This document shows, piece by piece, positions 63,570-64,000 of a DNA stretch of 64,000 nt (position 1 is the stretch's first letter; each line of letters begins with the position of its first letter). This stretch comes from Chiloscyllium plagiosum. Taxonomy: Eukaryota. The translations under genes were made by a program, and so were the position numbers. The DNA lies in contig NC_057718.1 of the NCBI RefSeq assembly GCF_004010195.1, positions 84,671,730-84,735,729 of the forward strand, in the 5' to 3' direction. Below the pieces are notes generated by a model. The model saw nothing but the letters and a program-made list of their open reading frames with translations, made no database searches and was not told the origin of the DNA.

Positions 63570-64000
63570 CCATAGATGCTGCCAGATCTGCTAAATTTTG
63601 CCAGCACTTTCTGCTTTAATTAAACCACCTTGTATCTGTCCAAAAAACAACAACAAATGGAACTGGGATGTTCTGATTTTTAAATTGCTAAATATGAAAG
63701 GAATGAGGTTCAAGGTTGAACTCAGAAGTCATCACTTATGGTATTTTATAGAAAATGTTATACAGTTACCAAACCACAAGCAAACTTCAGGATCCTCATT
63801 GCATCTCATAATTTGGAGAATAACTGGCACATTAAGCAGAAGACAAAGAGAATTCCAGAGAGCTTTGGCATTCTTGGTTTGGTCCAGATGAAGAGGTGAA
63901 TGAACCCTCAAGACTGTGAAATCAAGCAGTCAAATCGGAGACTGAATAAGAACTCTTGATTAAAAGTCTTGACAAACTACAGTGTTACGTTACTTGCTTT
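63570..64000 (+). repeat. Old direct repeat of ~51865-52610
   Basis: Shared blocks such as caagcaaactt.aggatcctcatt, caaagagaatt, gctttggcattcttg, aagaggt.aatgaaccctcaaga, gaactcttgatta, tcttgacaaacta. Confidence 0.8.

Overview
Vertebrate genomic DNA, most likely a cartilaginous fish (shark), judged from the repeat complement (CR1/HER1-like LINEs, HE1-like V-SINEs, DeuSINE relics, Penelope-like elements). Two convergent genes are present. On the + strand is the 3' end of atlastin-2 (ATL2): a 432-nt TM exon, a 15-nt RSPKK microexon and two alternative C-terminal coding segments. On the - strand is a complete 12-exon EIF4A3 (403 aa) with a CpG-rich promoter near 56 kb. The rest is largely nested, decayed retroelements plus one 819-N gap. 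The most unusual signal is an ~800-bp fold-back Penelope-type insertion at 57100-57904. By my manual alignment its right arm differs from its left arm by about 44 T>C changes (A>G on the - strand) against about 5 other substitutions, with ADAR-like neighbour bias. This looks like A-to-I hyper-editing fixed in the genome, but a sequencing artefact must be excluded. The window also holds many short Penelope-derived elements with hammerhead-ribozyme-like cores, in fold-back, tandem and direct-terminal-repeat forms. Exon coordinates were checked against splice sites and frame; repeat boundaries are approximate and family names come from recognition, not a database search.
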